From Takakia lepidozioides (Eukaryota > Plantae > Bryophyta), in the NCBI GenBank assembly GCA_030704615.1, contig CM060732.1, forward strand, positions 38,564,001-38,628,000: a stretch of 64,000 nt of DNA, written 5' to 3'. The position numbers and the translations under genes were made by a program. How positions within the stretch are numbered: position 1 is the stretch's first letter; each line of letters opens with the position of its first letter. This document shows, one piece after another, positions 12,204 to 24,500 of the stretch. The notes beneath the pieces were generated by a model, which worked only from the letters and a program-made list of their open reading frames with translations, was not told the origin of the DNA and did no database searches.

Positions 12204-12248
12204 CAGTGTTTTTCTTAAGAAATTTGGAAAATAGCACGAGTGGCTACA
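12204..12248 (-). mobile_element. Terminal 45 bp of the 11021-11298 MITE family, inverted
   Basis: cagtgtttttcttaa...aaaatagcacgagtgg.taca is the reverse complement of 11255-11298. Confidence 0.75.
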
Positions 12249-12261
12249 GAGATTTGCAGGA

Positions 12262-12880
12262 TATGTCTGACCGGCGGGAATGGCGCATGTGATGGTCATC
12301 CTCGGCGATGGAAGAGGACTGGATCTCGAGGATCTGGCAGCGGCGGAGAGCCCAATGATGAGGCGACGATCTGAGCGGGGCTACCGCCTGGCGACGCGTG
12401 TGCGTGACGAAAATGGGGCACACCTGAAGGACAAAGAAGTTTTGATGCTTGGCAGTGTCCCTGCCTTGTTCCGGATAACCCAGGTTATGTGTGTGGTGCT
12501 AGCAGCTCTGTGGATTGTATTTCTCCTCACGGTTGCGGACCTGAGCAGAACACATGGTACCTGCTTGCGGTTGGCGGTCTCGGCATGATCCAAAATGTGG
12601 TGGTTGCAGGGGCAAGTCGGGGACAAAGCACAACAGGCATTCAATTGACTAAAATTGAGTCATTTGAAAGGTCATGGATGCATTGATGGATCTTGAAATA
12701 AACCATGAAACTGTCGGGAGGTCTCTGCTTAAGGAATTCTTTAATGGGAACGTACGACCTGCAGAAAAAAGCTGGTGGGATGGCACGAACAAGCAAGCAT
12801 ACGAGAGCGATAGGCGCAGGAAGAGGCCTGAGAGCTTGCGATATGGTGCTCCTTCCGCATTCCAGTCTCATCAGATATGA
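12262..12880 (+). pseudogene. 5'-truncated, frameshifted fungal-type uncharacterised membrane-protein gene (HET neighbour)
   Basis: Successive frames give LTGGNG / HVMVILGDGRGLDLEDLAAAESP...LAALWIVFLLTVA / QNTWYLLAVGGLGMIQNVVVAGASR / MDALMDLE...GRSLLKEFFNGNVRPAEKSWW. I recognise this motif order from a family of fungal hypothetical proteins. Confidence 0.75.
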
Positions 12881-14217
12881 CTTGCGTTTGAGCTATAGGG
12901 ATGGGGGGCACGGTTCTAAATTTTCCCTATGCATCATTATCGAAAGTCATGAAATTTTTTCCTGCTAGACAGTTTTATTTGTGTCCTCTGTTTTTCCTAT
13001 CTACTAGTCAAAGTCATGTTGTGGTTTTGTTAGTTCTATCAAAGATTTGTATTCACGAGCTCAACTCAGTCAAGTACCATAAGGATTGCACCACCAGCTG
13101 TAACCATGAAGACCTTTCATCTCTGATGCTTGTAGGCTGCTTGACTATTTATCGAAACCTGGCTCACATGCAGATGTGTAGTCCTGCGTGCATTACTGCA
13201 TCAGGAAGCGAGAGTTTCAAGGGAGCGAGAGACTCAACTAGCACATTTTTATCAGCAATCAGGATCTCATGTGGCAGTATCAATTGGTATATTGTAGCAA
13301 AATCAGTCCCTCCAAAGGCAAATTGCTGTTTCAGCTCCACGTGTGACTGTGTGAAGTTTTTTCAAAAGACCTGTGCAATTGTCAAGTCTGTATCATATCT
13401 GCCCTCCCTTCCAAAATGGGCCTAGAGGCCGTTTAGGGGTTAAGCACTCCTCAAAAGGTGCAGTGTCACAAAATTTACATGAGCAGAATAGCTAATGAAG
13501 CAACAATCATTTTTTTCTTAAAATTAAAAAGGGGAAGGAAGCTTCCCTGTAAATCATTTTAATAAAACATGGAAAATTTAACCATGTGGGGTCCATGATA
13601 GATACATCAGGAAGATGGGATAACACCCTAATCCAGCCATCATAGGCAAGCTGTAAACTGAACACCCAATCACCGAGGATCACTTGTGCAAAGCACATAA
13701 TTTTTGAAATTGCGGATGTACTATATATTGGTTATCAAAGTACATATCATCCCACTTCTGCTCAGTAGGACGGTCCCTCCTGTAAAACCAATTAATATTT
13801 TTAATATTTGATGCATCCCCCGAAGGAAGCGTAAATTATGGTGTCTCTTCACCCAGAAGGCCCTTGATGGCCTCTGTTGAGCAATAGGCTCTGTTGGGCC
13901 GTGTCTGATACAAGGGTCTGAATATGACAGTCTCTGGGGGATCTGATACTGTTTGCATGGGAATAGCAAACCGACTACTATACAATTCAGCTCCTGGAAC
14001 AACAATAACATCAAACACCTAGCAGTAAATATGATTTTTGACATTGCTTGTGACATCTCCAATCAGTTAGTTGGTGGTTACTCAGTTGGAGATTATTTAG
14101 TTGGTGATCAATTTACGAGTGCTTTACAGTAAATCGTCAGAAGTGCCACAACCTGTCACAAATGAACCTCGACTAGTTACCCGACAATATTTCCTTGAAG
14201 ATTTCATAGAAAACTTC

Positions 14218-14257
14218 ACTCTCTCTCTCTCGTTTCTCTCTCTCGCGCGCGCGCGCG
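14218..14257. repeat. (CT)n/(GC)n microsatellite
   Basis: ctctctctctcgtttctctctctcgcgcgcgcgcgc. Confidence 0.9.
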
Positions 14258-17200
14258 GCAGCACGTCGGTGCGCTAGCGCCACCTCCACCACACCATGAC
14301 GTCCAAACGCTAAAGGACGGTTGCCGACGAGGCAGACTACCCGTCTCTCTCACGTCGATCTAATTCCCCTCTGCTTCTTCTTTCTGCCCCTGTCTCTCAA
14401 CATGCCTTTCATTGGCATCAGTACTCCACAAGGAGTACTGATGTTCAAACGCTTTGGGACCAAATCACCATCTTACAAACGAAATGCATCTCGGGAGAGA
14501 CTCTGCAGCAAGTGCTCACTGCCCGCGACAATGACTCGGAGAAGCGGTTGGCTTCCCTAGACAAAGACTGGGAGACGCGGATAGCTTCCCTTAACAAAGA
14601 CTGGAAGAAGCGCTTGGATTCCTTGGACAAAGATTGGCAGAAACGCATGACAGACAGAGACACAGACTTGGAGAACAATATGTCAGTTCACGATAGCGTT
14701 TTGCAGGCGTCTCTTCATGAGTGCATTAGCAAACTTCAAGGTCTGTCGAAACATCTCAATGACAAATCCACACATACGCGTCTTTCAAAATTTGAAGGCG
14801 AAGTGAAGACCTTTGCAAAGAAGAGCCTCCCAGATCCCCTTACGACAAGCATCCACCTACAAATGGAATCCCTTAGCAAAGAGCTGGAAACACACAGAAT
14901 TGCGACGTCTACAATGGCTCGAGAGCTCCAAGCTCACAAGGCAGAGGCCTCCTCCTGGGCTAAAATAGTTAAGGGGAACACATCCAACAACAATCCTCAT
15001 TCTCTAGAGATGACAGTCTCGGCTACCTTACGAGATGAACAGCAACGGGCTTTTAAAGCCCTTAACATCAGAATCACTGGGAAGCTCAGGGCAAGGTACA
15101 TTTGGTGTCACATTAAAGGCTACAACATCCTGCTGGCGGGATGTTATTTTGCTCCTGCTGCATCTCCGCGCAGTGGCCTACATATTCGAACAGATTCACC
15201 ATATGTTCCTTTGGAAGACGATACGGCCCGTCTCCGTACCCCACACATGGATATTTTCTTGGTTGGAGATTTCAACGCCTGTACATAATCACTACAGGCC
15301 CCCACCTTCAACCACACGGATCCTCTACACATCCAACGCTCGCATACGAAATTGGAGAGACAAAATGCAGATTCCTCTTGCGAAATCACAAGCTACGGTC
15401 ACCATCTACTCAAGTTTTGTGAAACTCAAGGGATTGTCATTTACAATGGAACAACCAACTTCAAATCCTCCAACCAGTTCACTTGCCACACGTACAAGGG
15501 CCAAAGCGTGGTTGACTATCTCTTGGGGAGCCCCAACAAGTCTGAAAGAATAAGCTCTTTTTTACATCACGAGATACCCGGATTTTGATCACTCTTGCCT
15601 TTCCTTTGCAATTTCTTCCATCTCCCTCCTAGTGAGGATTCCCTCTCGTCTCTTCCCTTACACCCACGTATCCACTTTAATACCCCTTTCTCTCACTTAC
15701 ACGACGCCGAGTATGAAACATACCTAGCGTCAACCCTCATTTCCATTCTACATCTACGATTTCCTAACGACAAGGCTACACATTTTACTCAAGCCCTTTG
15801 GGACTCAGCCCTGCGATCATTTCCCGTCACCCTTCCATCTACTTCCTTACCCTTCTCCACTCGTCATTACGCACCATTTTATGATGAGGAATGCAAGATT
15901 GCTAGACGTCACATCAAATCTTTACTGCTTGATACCAATTCTTCTCCAAAATCCACTAATCTTGCTCTTAAGCACTATAAGTCCCTCATTAGATCCATAA
16001 AGCAAGCCTACACTATCAAGTTGCAATCTTCTTTCCTTGCTAAAATCAGATTTTATCCTCGTTCTTTTTTGTCCCTCCTTAAACCTCATAGAGACCCCCC
16101 CCCCCCCCCCCCATCATTGACATTCACGTCTGGCATGAATATGCACAGTCTTTGTACCATTCCCCAACCCAAACTCCTTCTCGTGTAACCTCTAAACCCC
16201 TTCACTTCTCTTTCTTTACTACGGCCAATGTCAGTAAGGCAATTAAGAAGCTACAAAATTGCAGAGCAGTGGACATTTCAGGGACTTCAGAGTGAATTCA
16301 TCAAGTATGTTGCACCTACTTTAGCCCCTTTTATAGCTAATCACTTCAATGAGGTGGTGCAACGGGGCTTTCCAACAAAGTGGACAGAGCATTATCCACC
16401 CACTTTTCAAGAGCGGTGACAGGCTCGCACCGGCAAACTATCGCACTATCATGGTGTCCTCATTACTTGCTAAATTGTTTGGGGCAGTAGTGGCCATGGA
16501 ACTGGATGATTGGGCTGAGTCCTCTCACATTCGTGCTGAGGGACAGGTTGGTTTCCGTCGCAACACCACTATTGACCACATCTTCACTCTTCAGGTTATG
16601 GTGGAAAATGCACGCTATGACAAAAGAATGGTCTATGTTTGTTTCGTGGACTTTCACAACGCCTTTGATTCAGTTCCTCGGGACCTTCTCTTCCAACGGC
16701 TCCATAGAGTGGAAGTCCCTCCAAACATCCTTTGTACCATCTCTTTTATGTATGAGATTGTTACTGGCATTGTTAACGTCGCTGGTGAATTGTCAGCCAA
16801 GATCCGCAACAACACTGGAGTCAAACAGGGCTGCCCCTTTTCACCTACCCTGTTCGGGATCTACATCGACGCCTTGGAAAATTACATATCAAAAAAACCA
16901 TGGGGGTGGGGGTACCATTGGATGGGGGACCAACCCAATCAGATCTCCTCCCTGCTCATGATGTTGCCCTTGCCATTTTGGCACAATCCCCGGTCTTTCT
17001 ACAACGCCATCTCAAAATTTTGGAACAATTCTGCAAAGACTATGGGATGCAAGTCAATCTTAGCAAGACCAAGATCATGGTCTTCAATGGCCAGGCTGAT
17101 CGTAAATTCATCTTCAACCAGCAGGAAATTGAGATTGTGAAATCATACCGGTACCTGGGTCTGGTTATCCACTCCCCTAAGTTTCACTTTGCAGCCACTG

Positions 17201-18280
17201 CCTTGGACAGATTGACTAAAGGTAAGGCGGCCTCCGTCCGCCTTCAGGCCAAATGCAAGCAAATACATCTGCAGCATCCCCCGACCAAAAGTGGCTGTTT
17301 GACACCGTCGTAAGACCTGCTACCATCTATGGTTGTGAGTTTTGGGCACCTGGTGTCCCTGTCTCCTGGTGGGAAAAGAATTTGGAACCATTACAGTCAT
17401 CTTTTCTCCAAGCAATGCTTGGCGCCAAGAGCACAACTCCATCTCAGATCCTAGCTGCAGAGTTCACATGTGTACCATTGCAATCCGAGCCTCTTCAGGC
17501 TTACAATCTTTCTCCATAGATTGCAATCCCTTCCACCCAAAAGGCTAGTGGCAAGGGCACTCACAACATCTATGAGGCTCATAGCTGCAGGTTTCAGGAA
17601 CTCCTGGTATGCTCGAGTGGACAGTTTATTTCAACGTAACAAACCTTCTACTGCTTTCCTATTACCAATGAACCCAGATGAGGTGGACATCACATCCAGA
17701 CATGACCGCAACAGACTCATTCGGAGAGAGAGCTTATGGAATTACATGTCAAGAGAACTTGGAAGCTACCCAATCTCACGACAAAACTCCACTTCTATCG
17801 AGAGACGTTCTTGGTGCTCCGCGATGATAGAATCTTGAGACCAAATTACTTTTCAGCACCCTTATCTCTTCCCTACTGAGGGCATTGGGGCGGTTCAGGG
17901 TGGATTCCCACAACCTACGGATAGAGACCGGCAGATGGGAAAACCTGCGACGGGAGGACCGCCTATGTCCAGCTTGCATAGGGCACAGCAAGGAAATTGA
18001 AACTGAAGAACACTTCTTCTACCCTCTATACTACGAGATCCGTGGGAGATTCCACTGTTTATTCAGTGGAACCCAAACTCTCACTGATGTCTTTCACTAT
18101 GAGGATCAAAAATGCTTGGCAGCCTACCTACACGAGGCCTTCATCCTTAGACAATCACTAAAACATTAATTGTGGTTTCTGGATTTGTTCCTCTCATGTG
18201 TTCTTCCATCTTGTCCCATAAGCTCTATGAGCTTTCCGCAGACGTTATAAAGCACCATTTCATTTCATTTCATTTCATTT
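14258..18280 (+). mobile_element. LINE retrotransposon (RTEX/CR1-L2-like architecture), decayed; 5' boundary approximate
   Basis: Coiled-coil ORF1 (SWAKIVKG, ALNIRITG); APE endonuclease (GCYFAP, LVGDFNA, SVVDY); RT (NYRTIMV, QVGFR, FVDFHNAFDSV, GVKQGCPFSPTLF, degenerate LLPAHDV for FADD, NLSKTK, YRYLG); C-terminal HNLRIETGRW..CPAC..EEHF; (CATTT)5 tail at 18256-18280. Confidence 0.9.
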
Positions 18281-18546
18281 CTCTCCATCAACGTACTCGC
18301 CACCGAGCCACTCTCCATAAGCATATGAGCAGCATACTTACTCCCCAATTGGATACTTTCAGCATCTTACTCCAGGATCAGCTACTTGACTCAACAACCA
18401 CTGGGGAAGAGGAAACAATAAGAAAGGGTTGCCATATAGGGGAGAAGCCGTGCACTGGTCTGCAACCCACTAGACTAAAAGGTGAAGGAGTTGTGAGAGA
18501 CCGCCCCTGAGTTCAAATTGAGGTTGTGCAACATTGAAGGGAAGAC

Positions 18547-21500
18547 TCATTCGTCAAGCAAATCGATTTGTGCTGGAAGCTGTTTATCAACTGCTCTGAA
18601 GTCAGTCGTGTTGCTCGACCTTGATGAGTACTCATGAACCAAAGAGGCAAACATAGATGATGGTTGCTCCAAAAGCGTCGTAGGGTTGTCATACTCTTCC
18701 ACCTTGCCTGTGGATGGGAAGCGCTGATTACTCTTCCACCTTGCTTGTCCATGGGAAGCGCTGATTGAGTTCAATGTCAATGAGGTAAGGGTTGCGATGA
18801 TTGTGTGACTATTGTAGAATGATATGTACAATGCTATGTTTGGCTAACAAAGCCCACTGGACTACCACAGTTGCAGACCAGACTTGTCAAATGGGGGGAC
18901 TCCACAGTTGACAATATGATAACACTTGATAATACACATGATAATACATGGCAGAAGGGTTCCCAAGGGAATGGACAATTAGAACACTTGGGAGGTCTAT
19001 GCACTTACCAGCATCCAGGACAAGCACTTTGTCACTATCCATGACAGTGGGTATTCGATGTGCAAGTGCATGAGTAAAACTCTTCCCACACGGTTTCTTG
19101 GATCAAGGCGTCTGTGTAGGCATCTACCGAAGCAGTTGCTTCATCAAGCACCAACACCTGACTGCGCTTTAGTAGAGCACGCCCCAAGCAGAAGAGCTGC
19201 CTCTGTCCCATACTCCAATTCTCTCCATTCTCCAACACTGTACAATGCACGCCCTGGGTCAATCACTATCACTGAATCATTTCTGCTTTGGAAGTGGGAT
19301 CAGACTTACGTCCACCCGAAAAGGAAGAAGCCAATCAAGAATCCTCGTTCAGATCATACTAATCCGACATTTGTGGGTATCTGTGCACGTACCTTGTTAT
19401 GTTTTTATCAGATTTTGTTAGCATCCCATAGCCTTCTTGATTCTCTACAAAAGAATCTTGAACTTAACAACAGAAATTGAAATGTTCCTTGGATGATACC
19501 TGGAGAATCAAGCTTCTCTTCCAATTGCTGAACAATGCCAGCTAGTTGGCATTTCCGCAAAGCCTGCACACAATTACCAGTACCAATAAGTCTCCATGTA
19601 TTGGCCTTAATACATCCCTGCCCTGGCAACTTGACGAATCCCAACCAGGCTTCAAGGGAGGATGGTCTTTTAAATTTTCTTCAGTTGTGTGATTGTCCAT
19701 AAGTTCTTTGCGCTTCAAATTGACACATTTAAAGAAGAGAGGCTTACCTCCCAAATCTCCTCATCAGTATATTGGCCTGTTGGGTCCAGGTTGCTTCTGA
19801 TTGTTCCCTCAAACAAAGTGGGATCCTGTGGAATAATGCTTAACTTAGTTCGTAAGTCACTGAGCCCCAGTGTGCTAATGTCCACACCATCAATCATTAT
19901 ACAGCCCCCAACAGCCTCCACCATCCTGAACAGAGCCAGGGCCAGGGTTGACTTGCCACTTCCTGTCCTGCCTACTACCCCAACTTTGCTCCCTCCCTTG
20001 ATTGTAACCGACACACCCTTTAGCACCAGCGGGGTTTTTGGACGATAGCGCAGCTGAATCACAAATTTGGGAAAAAAAAAAACAAAAATGTTAGTAGAGA
20101 GTCCATATGTTTCTGACAGTGAAGGAGACGTGACAAAAAAGAGCTGACCTGGAAATCCATAAACACAATCGTTCCCTCAGATGGCCAAGCCTTAGGTGGC
20201 TGAGTACTTTCGATGTGGAGTGGTGCCTCAGATGGTAAGTTTGCATACTGTCCAATTCGCTCCACTGCAACCATCTTATTTTCCAGGTTGCACACCGATG
20301 AGACCAAAACAAGCAGTGCTGTGTTGAGAAGTAACCCATACAACAGGGATAGCCCCACCAGATCTGCACGCCAACAAAGTTAGAAAACAACACTCAGGTT
20401 TTAGTGCATCCTCGAGCAGCTATTGTTAACCTGCTCCACATCATCTATAGAGGCATAAACCTGGAATTTCTTACATTGCCCTGACGTGCTTACATAACTT
20501 TGGTCTGTTAGCGATGGCCAGAAGGTTGAAGTTTAACATCTGAAGTTTTTAGATGTGTGCTTTGGTTATCCCTTGGTCTGGCAGATATGCACTAGGCATC
20601 TAAGCAATGATGAGGGCCACGATGAGAAACACGTTTGATTTCACTCACTCAATCAGGCAGTTTAATCCAAACACCTGAACTCTCTAGATTGAACAGCTGT
20701 GTAAGTTTCATTTTGTCACAGAATTCCAGATTAACCTGGTTGCACAATACTTGATGGCAAAACCACTTGGAGGAGGGCTGTTGAACAGAGAACTGTTGTT
20801 CCAATCATTTCCAACCGGTAACCAATCCATTCATTGGCTGCATTGTTGTGAAAGTCCATGCGTAGACTAGAATCCACATTTTCAATGTTGGCCCAGGAAA
20901 ATTGTTCTTGCTGCCCAAAGCATCTGATAGCCCAGCAATTGTCTCTGAAAAGTGATGAATGACTGGTGCCTTGGTTACAGCATCCACCCTTGTCAACTCT
21001 CTTGATGTTGTAATGAAATATACCTGCAAAAGGCATTGATTAGAAGTTAGCTTCACTTCCCTGTCTTGAGGAAGTTCGTCTACCAATTAAGGTAGAGAGC
21101 AGCCACAAGGAGCCTCTAATCAACACAGACTAATGGCACCTATGTAAACGCTTGCAGGGAGGAGGCTCTCTTTAATGCGGTTTCAGGTGGCATCTTATCC
21201 CTCCATTGACAAACTCAACAGAGCCAATGCCTGTTGCGATTCAGCATGACAGAACAACATTTTATATTCCAAATCCAAGGTGGAGATGGTGCATTTGCTC
21301 ACCTGATATGAGTAATATATCCGAGACAAGGGAATAATGATGAAGACCAATTGCCAAGTAATTTGGCATATAACAAACAAGACACCTGCCGTAACAAACA
21401 CCGCTGCCAGAAAAGCTCCAAAGAGAATGGGCACAAGTACATCCACTAGTGCCTGGTCTGTTGATGCCTGGCAACACACAGCCACATGAAGGTGCACATT

Positions 21501-24500
21501 AAGAGAAATATGTAGTCGGTCGGAATTCAAGGAACACGGGAACCACTTAGCTTTCCAGGTCTATAGACGTGAGATTACAAATTTTAATGGCAGAAACTTT
21601 TGAACTTGTGAAGAACTGAAGAAACTGGTTCATCCACCATCAAGGAGGTGAGATTTCCCATGTTTGCTTCCCCGGTATTCCACCTGCATCCATTTATTGC
21701 CTCTGAGCCTGGTCAACTTGGCCAAATTACCAGCTGCTTTTTATTCTCCTTGGGAGCACAAACAGGGTACTCTAAAGCAGATGTCTACTTACTCTGCTCA
21801 GCATTCTCCCAGACGGTGTTGTGTCAAAGAAGGACATGGGTGCCTGGAAAATGCTGCGAAGCATTTTCAAGTAGAAGACCTGTGAGGTTGACAACCCCAC
21901 GAATGCAACTAACGAGGAGCGCATGAGCACACACAGACCACATGCCAAAGCCAGCTCTGCATACACTGTAGTGAACCACCACTTTGACTGAATCTCCTGC
22001 TGTTGGGTTGTTGAGGTCTCGTACGCAATCCAGTAGTCACCAGCAATCTGGAACATTTGCCACAAAGTCTGGACAGCCAGCAAAGCCAATGCAAGTGCAC
22101 CACCGAATACCGTGGTCCAGTACACCGCCTTGCTTACACGCCCTGTTGCCCTCTCCTCATCTTCAACCAACCGGGCCGAAACTTCTTCTTTTGTGCTTGT
22201 AGACCTTCTGTTGGAAAACTGACGATCTGGGGTCCTCTGGTTGGCTACAAAATCAGCGGCTATGGGTGAGTGTCGTGCATCAACCTTGGTCGAACACAAG
22301 TTTGTTTGAAGTATTGTAGATAACCTTGGAGATGAGCTTGACCCTTGGCCCTCAACGAAAGAACCAGGCTCATCCTTGCTTTCCAATATCTGCACACCTT
22401 CCCTCACAGTAACCTTGTCCAAAGCTTGACTGTGAGCCTCCACCAAGGACTCAAAATCTAATCCGGCCATGACAAGCTCCTCAAATTTTCCTGACTGCAC
22501 GATTGTGCCCTCACGCATTACCTGTTGAGACCAACAAACCCTTGGTTAGAGACCCCAACCAATAAGAAAATAATAGTTCACAGGTGTGGATCTTCATGTG
22601 ATGGTTTAAAAAAGAGTTAGCTTTGCTGTAGGGCACAGAGGAGAATAGAAAGAATACATTGCCCAGGTGGAGGGGGGTGTTGGGGAAGAGGAAGAAACAG
22701 AGACACAGAAAGAAATAAGAAAAACTTATTACGTTCATGTTCATGGGAGAAAAAGACATAAATTTACTACACCAGGGGAAAGGACATAACCAAGGAACCA
22801 TAAAAAACAGAACGGAGAAGCATAGGATGGGAGGAGCACATAGCTAGGAATTTTTCAGAAGAGGTACTCAAGAGGTCCACATAACATGTGGAAGCCCCAC
22901 ATAATGGAACAGTCGACCTGAAGGTGTGTCCCAGTTACTGGAGTGTCCCTTATAGCAATAGTGAAATTCTGGTATCAATGCTTCCAATGGTAGGTCCAAC
23001 AACAACCAGTGGAAAGGTTTAACAGCATGAAAAAGAATCCAACAGTAAAGCATCTTCTGTGGATGGTAGCACCCCTAGACAAGAGGAGACCGTAGATACA
23101 TCCTCATGTGAAGTTAGCCAGACTAATCATAATGAAGAGGTTTGCTGGCATGGTGAGAAAGTGGAAACAATGACCTCAATAAGAATCAAAGATTTTTCTG
23201 CTCTGAAGTGTTCAATTCTTCTCACTGTATCTGCAGGTTCCCAGCAAAAATTCTTGTAAATAGAGACAATATTGGAGGAAATGTGAGCATGATCACCAGA
23301 ATCAAGCTGGCTCTGTGGAGAAACTCTATCTGATGAGTGACCAGTATCACTGTTTTGCGTGCCAAAGCTTCCACAATACACTCCTGACAAGCCAAAACCA
23401 GGACAAGATGCAGTCAAGAATTGTCCACATAGGCAGCTTCAATCTTAGAAACCTACACCTTACTCAATAGTCCACACTGGAGTTCTGAACAGAGATGAAT
23501 GGGGACAACCTTGAACCAAGTGTTCATGATAAGCACAGTTCCAAAAATGCTAGCAACCAACGTGAGGGAATTGGAGCTAAGACTCTGATGACAATGGCAT
23601 AATAAGTAAGTAGTATGAAGAAACCGGGGACCTCTGTAAAGTGCAAAGTTAAATGCACAGACCCCACACCCCAAGTACCAGCAACGGAAAGCAGGAAGAT
23701 GGGGCAGGAGTTGAGAAGAAGGGTTCATAACGGCTTAATTAACTCAGCTTGACCATCCATCCAACAGATTGTAAGCACATCCAAAACATGTCTAACCACG
23801 CACTTTCTGAGTCCACATATGCTGGGGGCGAGGTTTGAGCATCAGTTGCCCTGGCATTGGTGCATAAAACTAGGCACTTGCAAGCCCTGTGGCCAATTCC
23901 AAGTCAGTACTGATCTGATTTTGTCAACAAACACAGACTTTTCATTGAAGGACGTGAATGTGAGAGGAGTACTTGGAATATTTGAGATCCTGCGTGTGCA
24001 TCCACAGAACTGAAAATGTCATCAAGGAGGTAAATGTCGCAGTCTTGGTACAAAGCCCTGGCCAGCTGTACACGCTGCTTCTGTCCCCCACTCAAATTGA
24101 TGCCCCGCTCTCCTATCTCTGTTTGGTCACCGTACTCCATCTGCATTATGTCCTGCTGTAAAGCACACCTTCGCAGTGTTTCAAGGTATCTGGCTCGATC
24201 CATGGGATGTCCAAAGAGAATATTATCTTGAATGGTGCCATTCTGAATCCAGGAGGACTGGGCAACAAAGGCAGTGCTCCCACTCAGCTCCACCTGCACC
24301 ATATCTCAGCCCAGGAAACTGAGAAAAAGAACCAATTGAGATCCGAAAGGAGAAGAGCTAGAAAGATGCTGAGGATGTAATCAATATTGTGGCATTTCAG
24401 CTCACTCACATTGCTTGATGTGGGGTCAAGTATTCTGCACAATAATCATAGGTGTATACCTCGGTGACTTCATGGAAATGAACTTAGGACGTTGAATGGA

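Noticed and set aside
6855-12880. Fungal contamination as the explanation for the HET locus
   Set aside because: The sequence is gap-free to plant genes, shares a 152-bp near-identical segment with the plant ABCC gene, is interleaved with host-type MITEs, and the partner gene is decayed. Read-level confirmation is still needed.
12900-14200. Short ORFs between the partner pseudogene and the LINE
   Set aside because: No family motif, stops in all frames, not assignable.
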